DNA of 63,835 bases, the filler included, from Octopus bimaculoides (lineage: Eukaryota): NCBI RefSeq assembly GCF_001194135.2. It is 10 parts of 10 records of this genome, joined end to end, with 100 filler letters (N's around TTAATTAATTAA, not from the genome) between each part and the next. Parts side by side here need not be neighbours in the genome. Positions count along the whole stretch, not along the records: positions 1 to 22,204 come from NC_068996.1; positions 22,305 to 26,615 come from NC_068986.1; 8 more parts are not named here. One strand, written 5' to 3'. Positions within the stretch are counted from its first letter, which is position 1. Each line of letters starts with the position of its first letter. The notes beneath the pieces are model-generated. The model was given only the letters and a program-made list of their open reading frames with translations. It ran no database searches and had not been told where the DNA came from. The position numbers were made by a program, and so were the translations under genes. This document shows positions 11,620 through 24,462 of the stretch, one piece after another.

Positions 11620-13121
11620 TACAACAGGCTTCTTTCAGTTTCCATCTATCAAACCCACTCAGAAGGCTTTGGTCAACCTGAGGCTATAGTAGAAGACACT
11701 TGCCCAAGGTACCATGCAATAGGAATGAATCTGGATTCATGTTGTTGGGAAGCAAGCTTCTTACCACACAACAATAAATGTTTAGTTTATATAGTTTTTA
11801 AAAATTTTTCTCAAGCCCTAGTTTTCACAAGGCTGGTTTACCTGGTTTCCATGGTCTGTTATAAGTGACCAAGATCACAACATCCCCCTTGAACAGCACA
11901 CTGGTCTATGACAGGGTCCAAGGCCAGCAATTTTTGAGAAGAGGGGACAAATTGATAACATCAAACCCAATCCTTGACTCGTACTTTATTTTATTGATGT
12001 TGAAGGGACAAAAGGCAAAGTTGACTACGTTGGGATTTGAACCCAGAATATAAAAAGGGAGATGAACTGCTACTGGGCATTTTGTCTGACACACAGACAG
12101 TCCTGCCAACTCATCACCTTTATATATATAGATAGATAGAGAGAGAGAACGAGAGAGATAGCTATAACAGTCCTGCACAGTTGTTTTATTTTTATCCTTT
12201 AACACATTGCATCAGGATATTTGTTCACAATTATTTGATTGTGAGTTAAAATGTTTCTACTCTCAGTTTTTTTTCTTACTTTCCTTCAACTATCAGCAAT
12301 ATTCAGAAAAAAAAGAAGTTAACGAATCAGCTACCAGAGCCATTTCTAATGTATATCTTTCATTTTGTTGTCTAATTACTATAATCAAACACTACCACAG
12401 AAGCAATTAAAATAGCATATCAAATTTTGTGTTGGTATTTTGAAAGCTAAAATATTTTTCTTGTTAGTCAATAACTTGTTCCAGATTATGGTCATTCTAA
12501 TGTCAGATATACTCTATTTATTCTATATCTGGTTGATGCTGTCTGGAATCCTGTCACTTTACCATATTTTCCTGGCCTTACAGTTGCTACTCACATCAAG
12601 AATATTTTCAATCTATCTGCAAATGTGACCTGCAGTCACAATATGGTCATTTGACTTCATAGAAATGGCACCTATATCTCCCTTAAATTACGTATAGTCA
12701 TCTTAGAAAGATATAGGTGCTGGGGTCTGATATTCACTATCTGAGAAAGTAGACAGGACAGTTATGGCTGGAATACCTTTAAGCTTAGATATACTCAACC
12801 AAGGCTGACTTGTGTCTAAACAACAAAAAACTTTTACAGCAGATAAATAAACAATCAATGTGTAATATATTGAAACATGTAACAATCATTTACCAAAGCA
12901 GTCAATTAACTCTAAGATAATTAACACATGATAATTATTTGGAAATATAGTTTGTTTTGTTTAGAGATATTCTGGGTCAGTCTTGCCAGCCATCTTTCTG
13001 GGATGGATAATAAATTAAAGCAATAAGGTTTGATTTAAATCAATTGTTCCATTCCTCAAAAATATGTGGCATTAAATAGTAATTACTTTATGTTGGAACA
13101 AATTATTATTATTATTATTAT

Positions 13122-13154
<33 letters not shown>

Positions 13155-13173
13155 AAGAAGAAGAAGAAGAAGA

Positions 13174-13209
<36 letters not shown>

Positions 13210-13213
<4 letters not shown>

Positions 13214-13420
13214 AGGTGGCAAGCTGGCTGAATCATTGCCATGCGAAACAAAACGCTTAGTGGCATTTTGTCCGATACTTTACGTTCTGAGTTCAAATTC
13301 TGCCGAGGTTGACTTTGCCTTTCATCCTTTCAGGATCAATGAATTAAGTACCAGTGAAACACTGGGGTGCATGTAATTGGTTTACCCCACTGCCCCCAAA
13401 ATTTCAGGCATCGTACCTAT
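13210..13420 (+). mobile_element. SINE family B (Meta-domain-like), full length
   Basis: aaggtggcaagctggctgaatc head, gagttcaaattc B-box, gactttgcctttcatcctt...ttaagtaccag domain; flanked by (AGT)n/(AGA)n. Confidence 0.8.
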
Positions 13421-14271
13421 AATTAAAAGGATTGTTATTGTTGGTGATGGTGATGGTGATGGTGGTGGTGGTAGTAGTAATTGTTGTCATGGTGATAGTG
13501 ATTGTGGCAGTCATTGTAGTAGAAAAATCATAGAGAATTCTTTGTTATTTTGTTATGTTTCTTTTACATCTTTGAAATGTTGTCTAAGTTGAGTTTTACC
13601 TTTCATACTTCTAAGGGTTGCTAAAATAAATACCATTCAGGCCATGTGGTTGATTTTAAACAGAGAAAAAGCAAATCAAAGCCTTGTCCTTAAAAATTAG
13701 AAATCATCTTTATCATCATTATCATCATCATCATCATCGTCATCGTCATCATCACTATTATTATGTTCTCTTTCTGTACCATGTCTCAAGTTTGACTTTC
13801 TAAATACATATCAAATTTCTTTTGTCATTTGTGACATTTTTATTAAAAGTACACACATCTGTTATAAAAGTATGTAATCTGTTCTCGACACTTCCACCAC
13901 CACCACCACCATTACCTCACCGTCCTCTCCACATTCCCACCCCATATTCCTCAATCAAATAAGTATACTCATATTATTAACTTGTTGGGAAGTAATCGTT
14001 ATGGCATACCTCTTTCTTAAAGAATTTATCTATTTCAATAGTTTACACTCTTGGAATTCTTGTCAGTATTTCTCTGTATGTGTGTGTGTGTGTCTGAGTA
14101 TCTGTGTGTGTGTGTGTATCTTTGCACTCAGTCTAATTAGCTTTCNNNNNNNNNNNNNNNNNNNNNNNNNNNNNNNNNNNNNNNNNNNNNNNNNNNNNNN
14201 NNNNNNNNNNNNNNNNNNNNNNNNNNNNNNNNCTGAAAGTACCTGACCCTTCAAAAAACATTTTTATTAAG

Positions 14272-14364
<93 letters not shown>

Positions 14365-14379
14365 TGTATATATGCATGT

Positions 14380-14600
14380 GTGTGTATATGTTTGTGTGTC
14401 TGTGTTTGTCACCCACACTATCACTTGACAACTGATGTTGGTGTGTTTATGTCCCCATAACTTAGCTGTTTGGCAAAAGGGACTGATAGAATAAGTGCTA
14501 GGCTTACAAAGAATAAGTCCTGGTGGCGATTTGCATGACTAAAGGTGGTGCTCCAGCATGGCCGCAGTCAAATGACTGAAACAGATAAAACAATAAAAGA
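14380..14600 (+). mobile_element. SINE family A 3' half
   Basis: Matches 1410-1610. Confidence 0.8.
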
Positions 14601-17014
14601 ATATATACACACACACACATGCACATATATATGTTTACTTTTCAAAATAAAGATTGGAAAAAAATTACTTTTTCTTACTCTAGATTCTTTAGAAGAGAAC
14701 AATGTAACAGGTAAAAGACTCTTTTCAAGGCTAAAAAGCTCACTTATAAGGAGCTGGGTAGGTTCATAAAAAATATACCTCACTGCTTTGCAGTTGTTTA
14801 CTCCTAAAATTAGCTCTTATTACCTTATCTGAATTTTCCATATAGTATATCTGGAACTACATTAATGATTGTATCCCTACTTTTTGAAAGTGATTAAGGT
14901 GTAGTTTAAGAAGAATTTCGCTGTCATTTCTAACAGCTCATTGACTAATGCTTGGTTGTATTTTCATGGTTTTAAGTAGATGAGAGGAAACAGAAAGTGA
15001 GATTATCTCCTTTTAATAAGATGCTAGTCTTTTGAAACTAGCATTTGCCAACAATGTTCATTAAGTTAATCTATAAACATGAAATAGTCACAATAGAATT
15101 CAACTCAAGATCTGTGAGTTCGGTTGTCCAAAAGTCTCCAATACTTTATTTAATAAAAAATATTACTTTTACTGATGAATAAATACCACATCAGTGTGAC
15201 CATGAAGTATGGCTCATTGGTATGACACAGCCAAAATATGACTTTCAATGTCACCGGATAACTGTAAGGTAGACTTATTGATCCATCACTCAAATTAACA
15301 TCACCGCTACCACTTAATTCTTGGGTGCTTTTGGTATATTTCAGCCTGTTGCAAGAATTCTTGTGTCATCTGTATGACAGAGGTCATCTTAAAGAAGGTG
15401 ACCTGTTGCATAGATGACACAAGAAAATACACTCAGTCTATGATATAAATTGGTTTATAATAAAAGTAGAAAAGCATCGTCCAACAGTAAAAGAAAGAAA
15501 TGCATAAAATACAGTAATCTAATGATCTCTTTATGGGTATGAAGTGTTAACACCATGTTTGAACAGTAGAGTGATCAGGGTGTGAGTTGAGTGATTAGGG
15601 TGTGAACATTCACCTGTGTGTGAGAATTATTTGGCTGTCATTAAATGATGACATAAAACCTCTTCCTTCCAGATGTATAAAACAGGCATGAAACAATCAA
15701 ACAACCCACCTACCACCAGAAACACCCCATTTCCTCTGGGTTGTTTCTGATGGTCAATGACACTTCAAGGTTGCCACCATCAATGCTGGCATGATGAAAG
15801 AAAGCTCTGGGAGTAATAGGTATATTAGTAGGGGTGAAAGTATAAATGTGTGCTGTGTACAAGAGAAGCCTCACTTAGACTCCTTACAGGCAAAGAGCAC
15901 AAATACTCCAGTGTGAGAGTATACTTACTCTCATACTTACAGTGTGAGAGTAAGTATATTGTTGGCTAAAAAAGAAAATAATGCTTCAGGTATGTGACAG
16001 AATAATTAAGCTTAGAATATTAACTAGTAACACAGCAGCATCAGTTATCTCTGTATAAGCATCACAATCATGACTGGCTGATGAACAAAAGGAACTATTT
16101 CTATAAGGCCCTTTTGTAGGCTACCTTACCCAGGTAAGAGAAGGAGAGAGGAAGGTCTTCCCCCACCCCACCCCGAGAAGACTCAAGAGAGTTGAAATTT
16201 CTATTGAAATTGGCAGGTATAAGGTTACAATGGTCATTAATGTTATGATGGTAGGGAAAGTCATTTGACTAGTCAATCATGTAGTACAGGAAATGGTCAT
16301 TAAGTTAATTAGTTAAGTGGTTATTAAAATATTTAATACAATTTATTCAGTGCAGTTGACTGTATATTAATAGACGTAAAGGGATTCTTGTAGAGTGCTT
16401 AACTAACATCAAAACACAAAATATAAAAATTTTCTTTTAAAAAAAAAACCCATTTTATTCTGATTAAGTTTAGATGGTAAATTTTGATTCATAGAAGTGT
16501 GTGTGTGTGTCTGTGTCTGTGTCTGTGTCTGTGTGAGAGAGAGAGAGAGGAGCTAATGAATTTTTAATTTCATAAATTGAGATTTTAAAATTTATTAGAA
16601 TATTAGTTCTGATAAACTGGTATTGATTGTGCTATAAAAAAGTGAGAATCATAGTTTGGTAGAGATTTTAATTATTCTGCTTCAGGTTCATCATCATCAT
16701 CATCATCATCATCACTGTCCTCCTCCTCCTCCTCCTCTTCCAGTTACTCATTATTTCTACAATTAATTACTGTTATTACCTTTCTGCTGAGATGGACGGG
16801 TGTCCCAAAGTAAATGTTTTACAGCATTTAGTTTCGTCATTCTATGTTCAAACACTGCTTGGGTTAATACTGCATTTCATCCATCTTAGTATAATATTTG
16901 TGACATTTACAATGATGATGGTGGTGGTGGTGATTGTGGCAGTAGCACAAGTGGTAATGGCACTTATTTTTGGTCAGTTAATTATAACTCTTCTACCACT
17001 TACGAATGATTAGG

Positions 17015-17237
17015 TCTTTGTCTCTTTTACTCTTTTACTTGTTTCAGTCTTTTGACTGTGGCCATGCTGGGGCACTGCCTTTAGTCGAGCAAATTGACCC
17101 CAGGACTTATTCTTTGTAAGCCTAGTACTTATTCTGTCGGTCTCTTTTTGCTGAACCGCTAAGTTACGGGGGACGTAAACACACCAGCATCGGTTGTCAA
17201 GCGAAGTTGGGGGGGACAAACACACACACACAAACAT

Positions 17238-17320
<83 letters not shown>

Positions 17321-17485
17321 CATATATACGACGGGCTTCTTTCAGTTTTCGTCTACCAAATCCACTCACAAGGCTTTGGTCGGCCCGAGGCTATAGTAGA
17401 AGACACTTGCCCAAGGTGCCACGCAGTGGGACTGAACCCGGAGGCATGTGGTTGGTAAGCAAGCTACTTACCACACAGCCACTCC
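17015..17485 (-). mobile_element. SINE family A, full length and CpG-intact (young)
   Basis: Near-perfect reverse complement of 1217-1612 with CpGs retained. Confidence 0.88.
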
Positions 17486-18529
17486 TAAAAAATCATTTTA
17501 TTATTGTAGGGTGAGTAGGGCACTCAGATGTTAAGGTACTGAATGAAAAATCTTTTGTTTATTTCTTTATCGTTATCCTTTTACATGCCTTGTTTAGATC
17601 TTATGGTTACCTTTACTTTTCCATAGTGTAGGTCACCATCATACAACCAGTGTCCTTTGCTTTCAATCTTTCAAGATATCTGGTCATGGGAAGCATTTCC
17701 TTGCCTGGAAACAGGTGAAGGTTGGTGATATGAAGGAGATCCAGCTGTAGAAAGTCTGCCTCATCAAATTCCATTCAACCTATACAAGTGGATGTTTAAA
17801 CAATTATAATACTGATGTTATAAAACACACACACACACATCATTTTAACAAAGAAAAACTGATTATGATTTGGAAGTTTTAGCTCAGTTGCCTTTGTCAG
17901 AGTATGGAAGCTTCTTTAGTTTCATATATACTTTTTGGTTCATCTTGTGGATAGAGTTCACAGTTAAGAGTCTTTAGGTTCAACCCTACTGCATAGCATC
18001 TTGGGAAAATGTAATTAATTGTTTTAACTCTCTTAATCTTTTAGCATTCAGAGTATTCTGTCAAATGTAATGCTTATTCATCACCATTGTTTTGAATTAA
18101 TCATGTATCATCTTGTAGCTTTGAGATTTTGATAAGGTAATTGTTTATTTTTTAGAATGACATTGTAGGGTAGGTATGAAAGACAAGATGTGGCCAGTTT
18201 GAACATAAAACAGGTAGAATATTTGGCCAGATATGGCCAGTTTAAAAGCTAAAGGGTTATATATATATATATATGTGTATATGAATAATAACAATAAATG
18301 GAGCAAAACGCATATAAATAAAAGTTCCTTTAATTCCTTTATATGTGTTTTGCTCCATTTATTATTATTATTCATATCTACTCAAAATGCATCACTTTAA
18401 CTTGGTATCTCTACCTATAAAACGGGTGTGATATCCTAGTTTTTTGTGTGAGTTTTGCTACCCATGCTATTATCATATTTACATANNNNNNNNNNNNNNN
18501 NNNNNNNNNNNNNNNNNNNNNNNNNNNNN

Positions 18530-18560
<31 letters not shown>

Positions 18561-18929
18561 TTTTTCTTTTTTTATTGTAACGACATGAGTACAATCTCCT
18601 GTGGATTTTTGTGCTCAACTGAAAAGCTTCCCAGGACATTTTTGCTTTATTTTTCTTCACCTTATTTATTTTTTCAATTTAATCATCATTGTTTTTACAA
18701 TTCTTATTATAGTTGTGTTGTTGTTATTAATATCATTATTATTTTGTACCATCATCAGGTTCAGTTTAACCAAATGTTCCTCAAAAGTCAGAACATACCT
18801 GTAATACACTACAAATAATTTAATTGATAAGCACATTAAGCACAAATGATAAGTACTTTAGAAGTGCTTTTTTGTTGTTAATTTGTGTTCATATAAATCA
18901 CCGTTATTACCATTTTTATTAGTTGTAGA

Positions 18930-19574
18930 TCAACAGAACTGTTTGAACTTTGGGGGAAATGATTTGAGTCTTTACATCCTGTGCTCAAATCCTGCTGAGG
19001 CTAAATCTGCCTTTCATCCTTTCAAGGTCATCAAAATTAAAGTATTAAATATTGTGGTGGCTCTAATTAATTAAGCACACTCCCTTTCAAAATTGTTGGC
19101 CTTGTGCCTAAATTAGAATACACAGAATAACCAGAGCATAAGGGAAAAAAAAGTGCCTTGCAGTATTTCTTCCAGTTCTTTATGTTGTGAGTTCAAATTC
19201 TGTTGAGGTCAACTTTGCCTTTCATCTTTTCAGAAGTCAATGAAATAAAGTAACTGTCAAGTAACAAGGTCATTAATATCAACTAACCCCCTCCCTCAAT
19301 ATTGTTGGCCTTGCACCCAAATTAGAAGTCATCATCATCACCATCATCATCATCATTACTATTTGTGTGGTGAGCCTGCAGATCTGTTAGCATGCCAAAT
19401 AAAATGCTTAGCAGCATTTCATCCATCTTTAAGTTCTGAGTTCAAATTCAGTTGAAGTTGACTCCTTTCGGAGTCGATAAAATAAGTACCAGCTAAACTG
19501 GGCTCAATGCAATCAATTTACTCCTCCCCTGAAATTATTGGCCTTGTGCCAAATTTTGAAACCATTATTATTAT

Positions 19575-19619
<45 letters not shown>

Positions 19620-19666
19620 CATTATTATTATTATTATCATTATTATTATTATTATCATTATTATTA

Positions 19667-19721
<55 letters not shown>

Positions 19722-20682
19722 CATCATCATTGTTATTACTGAAGGTGAGGAACTGGCAGAACTGTTAGTGCGCTCAGCCGAAATACTTAACAGCATTTCT
19801 TCTGGCTATACATTCTGAGTTCAAATATTGCCAAGGTCACCTTTGTCTTTCTTCCTTTTGGAATCAATGTAATCAACTTCCACCCTCTCAAAATTTCTGG
19901 CCTTATACCCAAATTACAAAGAATTATTATTATTATTATTATCATCATTTTTAAGGCAGCCAACTTGGAAGACTGTTAATGCTCTGGACAAATGTAAAAT
20001 CACATTTCAGCTGTCTTTACGTTCTGAGTTCAAATTTTGCCAAGATTGACTTAGCCTCTCGTCCTTTCGGGGTTGATGAAATAAGTACCAGTCAAGTACT
20101 GGGATCGATATAATCAACTTACTCCCTCCCCCAAAATTTCAAGCCTTGTGCCTACATCATCATCATCGTCATCATCATCGTCGTTTAATGTCTGCTTTCC
20201 ATGCTAGCATGCGTTGGACGATTTGACTGAGGACTGGTGGACCAGGTGGCTACACCAGGCTCCAATCTGATTTGGCAGAGTTTCTACAGCTGGATGCCCT
20301 TCCTAATGCCAACCACTCTGAGAGTGTAGTGGGTGCTTTTACATGCCACCAGCACAAACGCCAGTCAGGTGGTACTGGCAACGGCCATGCTCAAAATGGT
20401 GTATTTTACGTGCCACCTGCACAGGAGCCAGTCCAGCAGTATTGGCAACGAACTCGCTCGAATGTCTTTTCACATGCTACTGGCACAAGTGCCAGGAAGG
20501 CAACGTTGGTAACGATCACTCTCAAATGGTGCTATTTATGTGCCACCGGCACGGAAACCAGACAACTGCTCTGGCAACGATCATGGTCGGACGGTGCTCT
20601 TAGTGATCTACTGGTACAGGTGCCATCACGATTTCACTTTTGCTTGCCCCAACAGGTCTTCACAAGCCGAGTTTAGTGTTCA

Positions 20683-20745
<63 letters not shown>

Positions 20746-21210
20746 GGCAGCAAGCTGGTGGAATTATTAGCATGCTGGGTGGAAAGCTTAGCAGTATTTT
20801 GTCTGCTACTACATTCTAAATTCAAATTTTGCTGATGTCAGTTTTGTCTTTCATCCTTTCGGTGTCAATAAAATAAGTACCAGTTGAACATTGGGCGGTG
20901 GGTGTCAGTGTAATCAACTCATCCTCACCCCTTCCAAGCTAACCTTGTGGCAAAAATTTGAAATAATTATTATTATTTTAATTATTATTAAAGCAGTGAG
21001 CTAATAGAATCGTTAGCACGCTGGGCGAAATGCTTAGCTGTATTTCATCTGTCGCTATGTTCTGAGTTCAAATTCCGCTGAGGTTGACTTTGCCTTTCAT
21101 CCTTTGTGGGTAGATAAATTAAGTACCAGTGAAACACTGGGATCAATGAAATCAACTACTCCTCTGCCCCTAAATTTCAGGCCTTGTGCCTTTAGTAGAA
21201 AGGATTATTA
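18930..21210 (+). mobile_element. Head-to-tail cluster of about seven SINE family B copies separated by (ATT)n/(ATC)n tracts, interrupted by a family C copy
   Basis: The module gagttcaaat...ctttgcctttcatc...aagtacc...ggccttgtgcc repeats at ~18930, 19140, 19360, 19745, 19955, 20745 and 20990. Confidence 0.8.
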
Positions 21211-21426
21211 TTATTACTATTATTATTAAAACTGCACTAAAAGTTTGTTTTCTTTTTATTTTCTTTCTTTTGTTGTTGCTTTTGAGACTAAAATGATTTA
21301 CTCATAATATTTCGTTTTTCTTTTCTTCTTCTTTTTACTCCTCTTCTAAATGTTTCCAGTTTACCGAGAAATATCGTGAGCAGAGAAACATTCTTAAGAA
21401 GGTTCATAGGACATTATTTTTTTTTG

Positions 21427-21457
<31 letters not shown>

Positions 21458-22095
21458 TTATTTTATTTTCAAACTGGGTATCTATTCGTCTCTGTCGCTA
21501 TCTTTCATTATGCTTACTATCACTTATTGCTTCACTTACAGCATTAATTTTTCTTTTCTAACCAATATCTGTATTATTCATGTCACAAAGGATAGATGAA
21601 CAAAACAAAATTTAAATACAACAACAATTATAATAGTAAATTGAAATGTAAAAATATATATATATCTTTAAAAAATTTTTTAAATTAGTAAAGAGACATC
21701 CAAATGTTAAGAAATTATAGCTTTACACAAATACATTACTGTTTGTAAATTTGAATAAATTTGCATGCTGCAAGGAGACAAGAATACTAAAGAAAAAGCT
21801 TTCCTACAAAAATTATCATTCCCATCTATTTGTGGTATAGAACCTTATTTAAATTTGCAAACTTTACCGAAACAAACTCACCAATGACAAGCAACCGATA
21901 TTTTTCTTTGACTTTGGTTTACATTTGCTCTTTACTCTGTCTACCTGTCTCTCTGTCTGTCTTTCTGCCTCTCTCTCTCTTAAAATATATATATATATAA
22001 AAGGTTGAAGAGGAACACACAAGTAAATATATATGGAAAAAAGACAAAGTAGAAAATGCTAAAATACTTTTATAAATAACATTACAGAACCGGTT

Positions 22096-22204
22096 TCGTT
22101 CCTTGAGATCTTTTCAACAGTAAATATGAATAATAGATTTTTGAAAAATAATTTTTCAAAAATCTATTATTCATATTTACTGTTGAAAAGATCTCAAGGA
22201 TCGA
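22096..22204. repeat. Near-perfect palindrome (about 54-bp arms, 1-nt spacer) abutting a gap; carries a CTGTTGA...GAAAC motif
   Basis: 22100-22149 pairs perfectly with 22151-22200; the only mismatch is 22099/22201. Confidence 0.9.
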
Positions 22205-22876
22205 NNNNNNNNNNNNNNNNNNNNNNNNNNNNNNNNNNNNNNNNNNNNTTAATTAATTAANNNNNNNNNNNNNNNNNNNNNNNNNNNNNNNNNNNNNNNN
22301 NNNNGGGCAGCGATGTCAAATTCCCTTATACACCAGATGTGCCATCAAAACTCTTGATTGGACCATATCAGGTGGAGGAGAAGAGCCATGCAAGGAACGT
22401 GAAGGGAGCACAGCATAAAGACGGAAAACACGGTGGTGCACCAGCATGACCGCAGCCACTTGTCTGAAATCCATAAATGAATGAATATATATATATATAT
22501 ANNNNNNNNNNNNNNNNNNNNNNNNNNNNNNNNNNNNNNNNNNNNNNNNNNNNNNNNNNNNNNNNNNNNNNNNNNNNNNNNNNNNNNNNNNNNNNNNNNN
22601 NNNNNNNNNNNNNNNNNNNNNNNNNNNNNNNNNNNNNNNNNNNNNNNNNNNNNNNNNNNNNNNNNNNNNNNNNNNNNNNNNNNNNNNNNNNNNNNNNNNN
22701 NNNNNNNNNNNNNNNNNNNNNNNNNNNNNNNNNNNNNNNNNNNNNNNNNNNNNNNNNATTAAATTCGCTTTGAGAATTATTCGGTCTTAGGAGATACATG
22801 ACATGTGATCTTCTTCTAGCGCATGACCAGTCCACCTACTGGTCTCCTGTATATACACTCGTATATATCTTTATAG

Positions 22877-22959
<83 letters not shown>

Positions 22960-23469
22960 TTCGAAGTCACTGTCAACTTTAGCTGCAGGCGTGGATGTGT
23001 GGTAAGAAGTTTGCTTCTCATCCACACAGTTTCGGAGTCAGCCCCACCGCGTAGCACATTGAGCGAGTATCTTTCACTGCAGTCCCTAGCCGGACTACGA
23101 AAGCCTTCTAAGTGAATTTGGTTGATGAAAATTGAAAGAAGCCACTGTGTATATATATGTGCGTATGAACATATACATGCGTGTGTGTTTTTGTGTGTAT
23201 GTGTGTGTATTTATACACATAGGTATAAGAATTTATGCATATTTGCATATATTTGCGTGCGTTTTTTTGTTGTTTGTACTCCAACACAGCTTTACAACCA
23301 CTGCTGGTTCGTTTTCCTCGCCATATATTAGCAATTCGGCAGAAAGTGTTAGCAGGAATAAATATCAAACTTAGAATAAGAAATATGTAATAGCGTTGCC
23401 TCAGATCAGTACTCGAAACCAGGAACCTGTGTATCAACGGTCTCTCTTTCACTCTTATCCAACATAAAA

Positions 23470-24015
23470 AAATGTTATAAATATCTAGGCATTGTGAATG
23501 AATATAGAAAAGCGTTAGGAAATTACACCAAACTTAGGAAAACATGGCTGCCAGATCTCTAATCTTGCAAGAAAATATCTGAATATGCATTTGTACTTTC
23601 AGAGCTAACACCAACGTTTGAGATAATCGATTCTAAATTACTACGGAAAAGAAGAGACAATAGTTCCACTGGAGCATCAAATTGCGATTGTAAACGTCGA
23701 TTATTTTGCATTTCTAAGGAAAACGTCGAACATGCTCAGTAGCTGCAAAAAAATATCATCAAGGCACCACCACCACCCAATTTAGCAATGACGTTGTCGC
23801 TAAAACAATGTACAATACCATCCGTGCAACAGACTGTCCCCTAACAAAGTTGTGACATGCCCCTGTTTCTGAATACACTCATAAACTTCGGCATGATGCA
23901 TTTAGGTGGAAAATTCCCATAAAAATTTCTACCAACTACCAACAGGTATAGTGCTCTGGTAGCGAGAAAAAATAGTATGTACCGCTGGAGACGCCAGCTG
24001 CTCTGCTGATGTGAT
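23470..24015 (+). mobile_element. Degenerate R4/Dong-like (RLE-type) non-LTR retrotransposon fragment
   Basis: Manual translation across frameshifts: YKYLGI (23476), C..LFCISKENVEH..SSCKKISSR, NDVVAKTMYNTIRATDCP (23787), W.IPIKIST. These resemble the RT end, CCHC and RLE linker of R4-clade ORFs. Confidence 0.55.
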
Positions 24016-24429
24016 ATTTTTCATAAATCAACGAGGAACAAGATAACTACAGATAACCGCTTCGAAATCTACAGATTCTATACCCACATATATAGAAATG
24101 ATAATTTGTGCATTTTTTTTTTCATTAGTAAATGGGCAACTGGAAAATTTACAATGCTTGAGATTTCGGAATAAGAAATCAACCAATGAACACGCACGAT
24201 ACAGATACAATATATAAGTAGAACAGTGAAAATATGTGAGACTTCTCTCAAGTTAAATATGTGACATTGTTTTTGTTATCTACATTCCAGCTATCAAGAT
24301 TTGTATCTTTGTTAGAAACCAACTGCTTCCTTACAGAAGAAATTCAAATATTTAAAATTAGAGGAAAATATACATGCACAAACATACACACACGTACTGA
24401 AATATGTATGTATGTAAATGTGTAGATAC

Positions 24430-24462
<33 letters not shown>

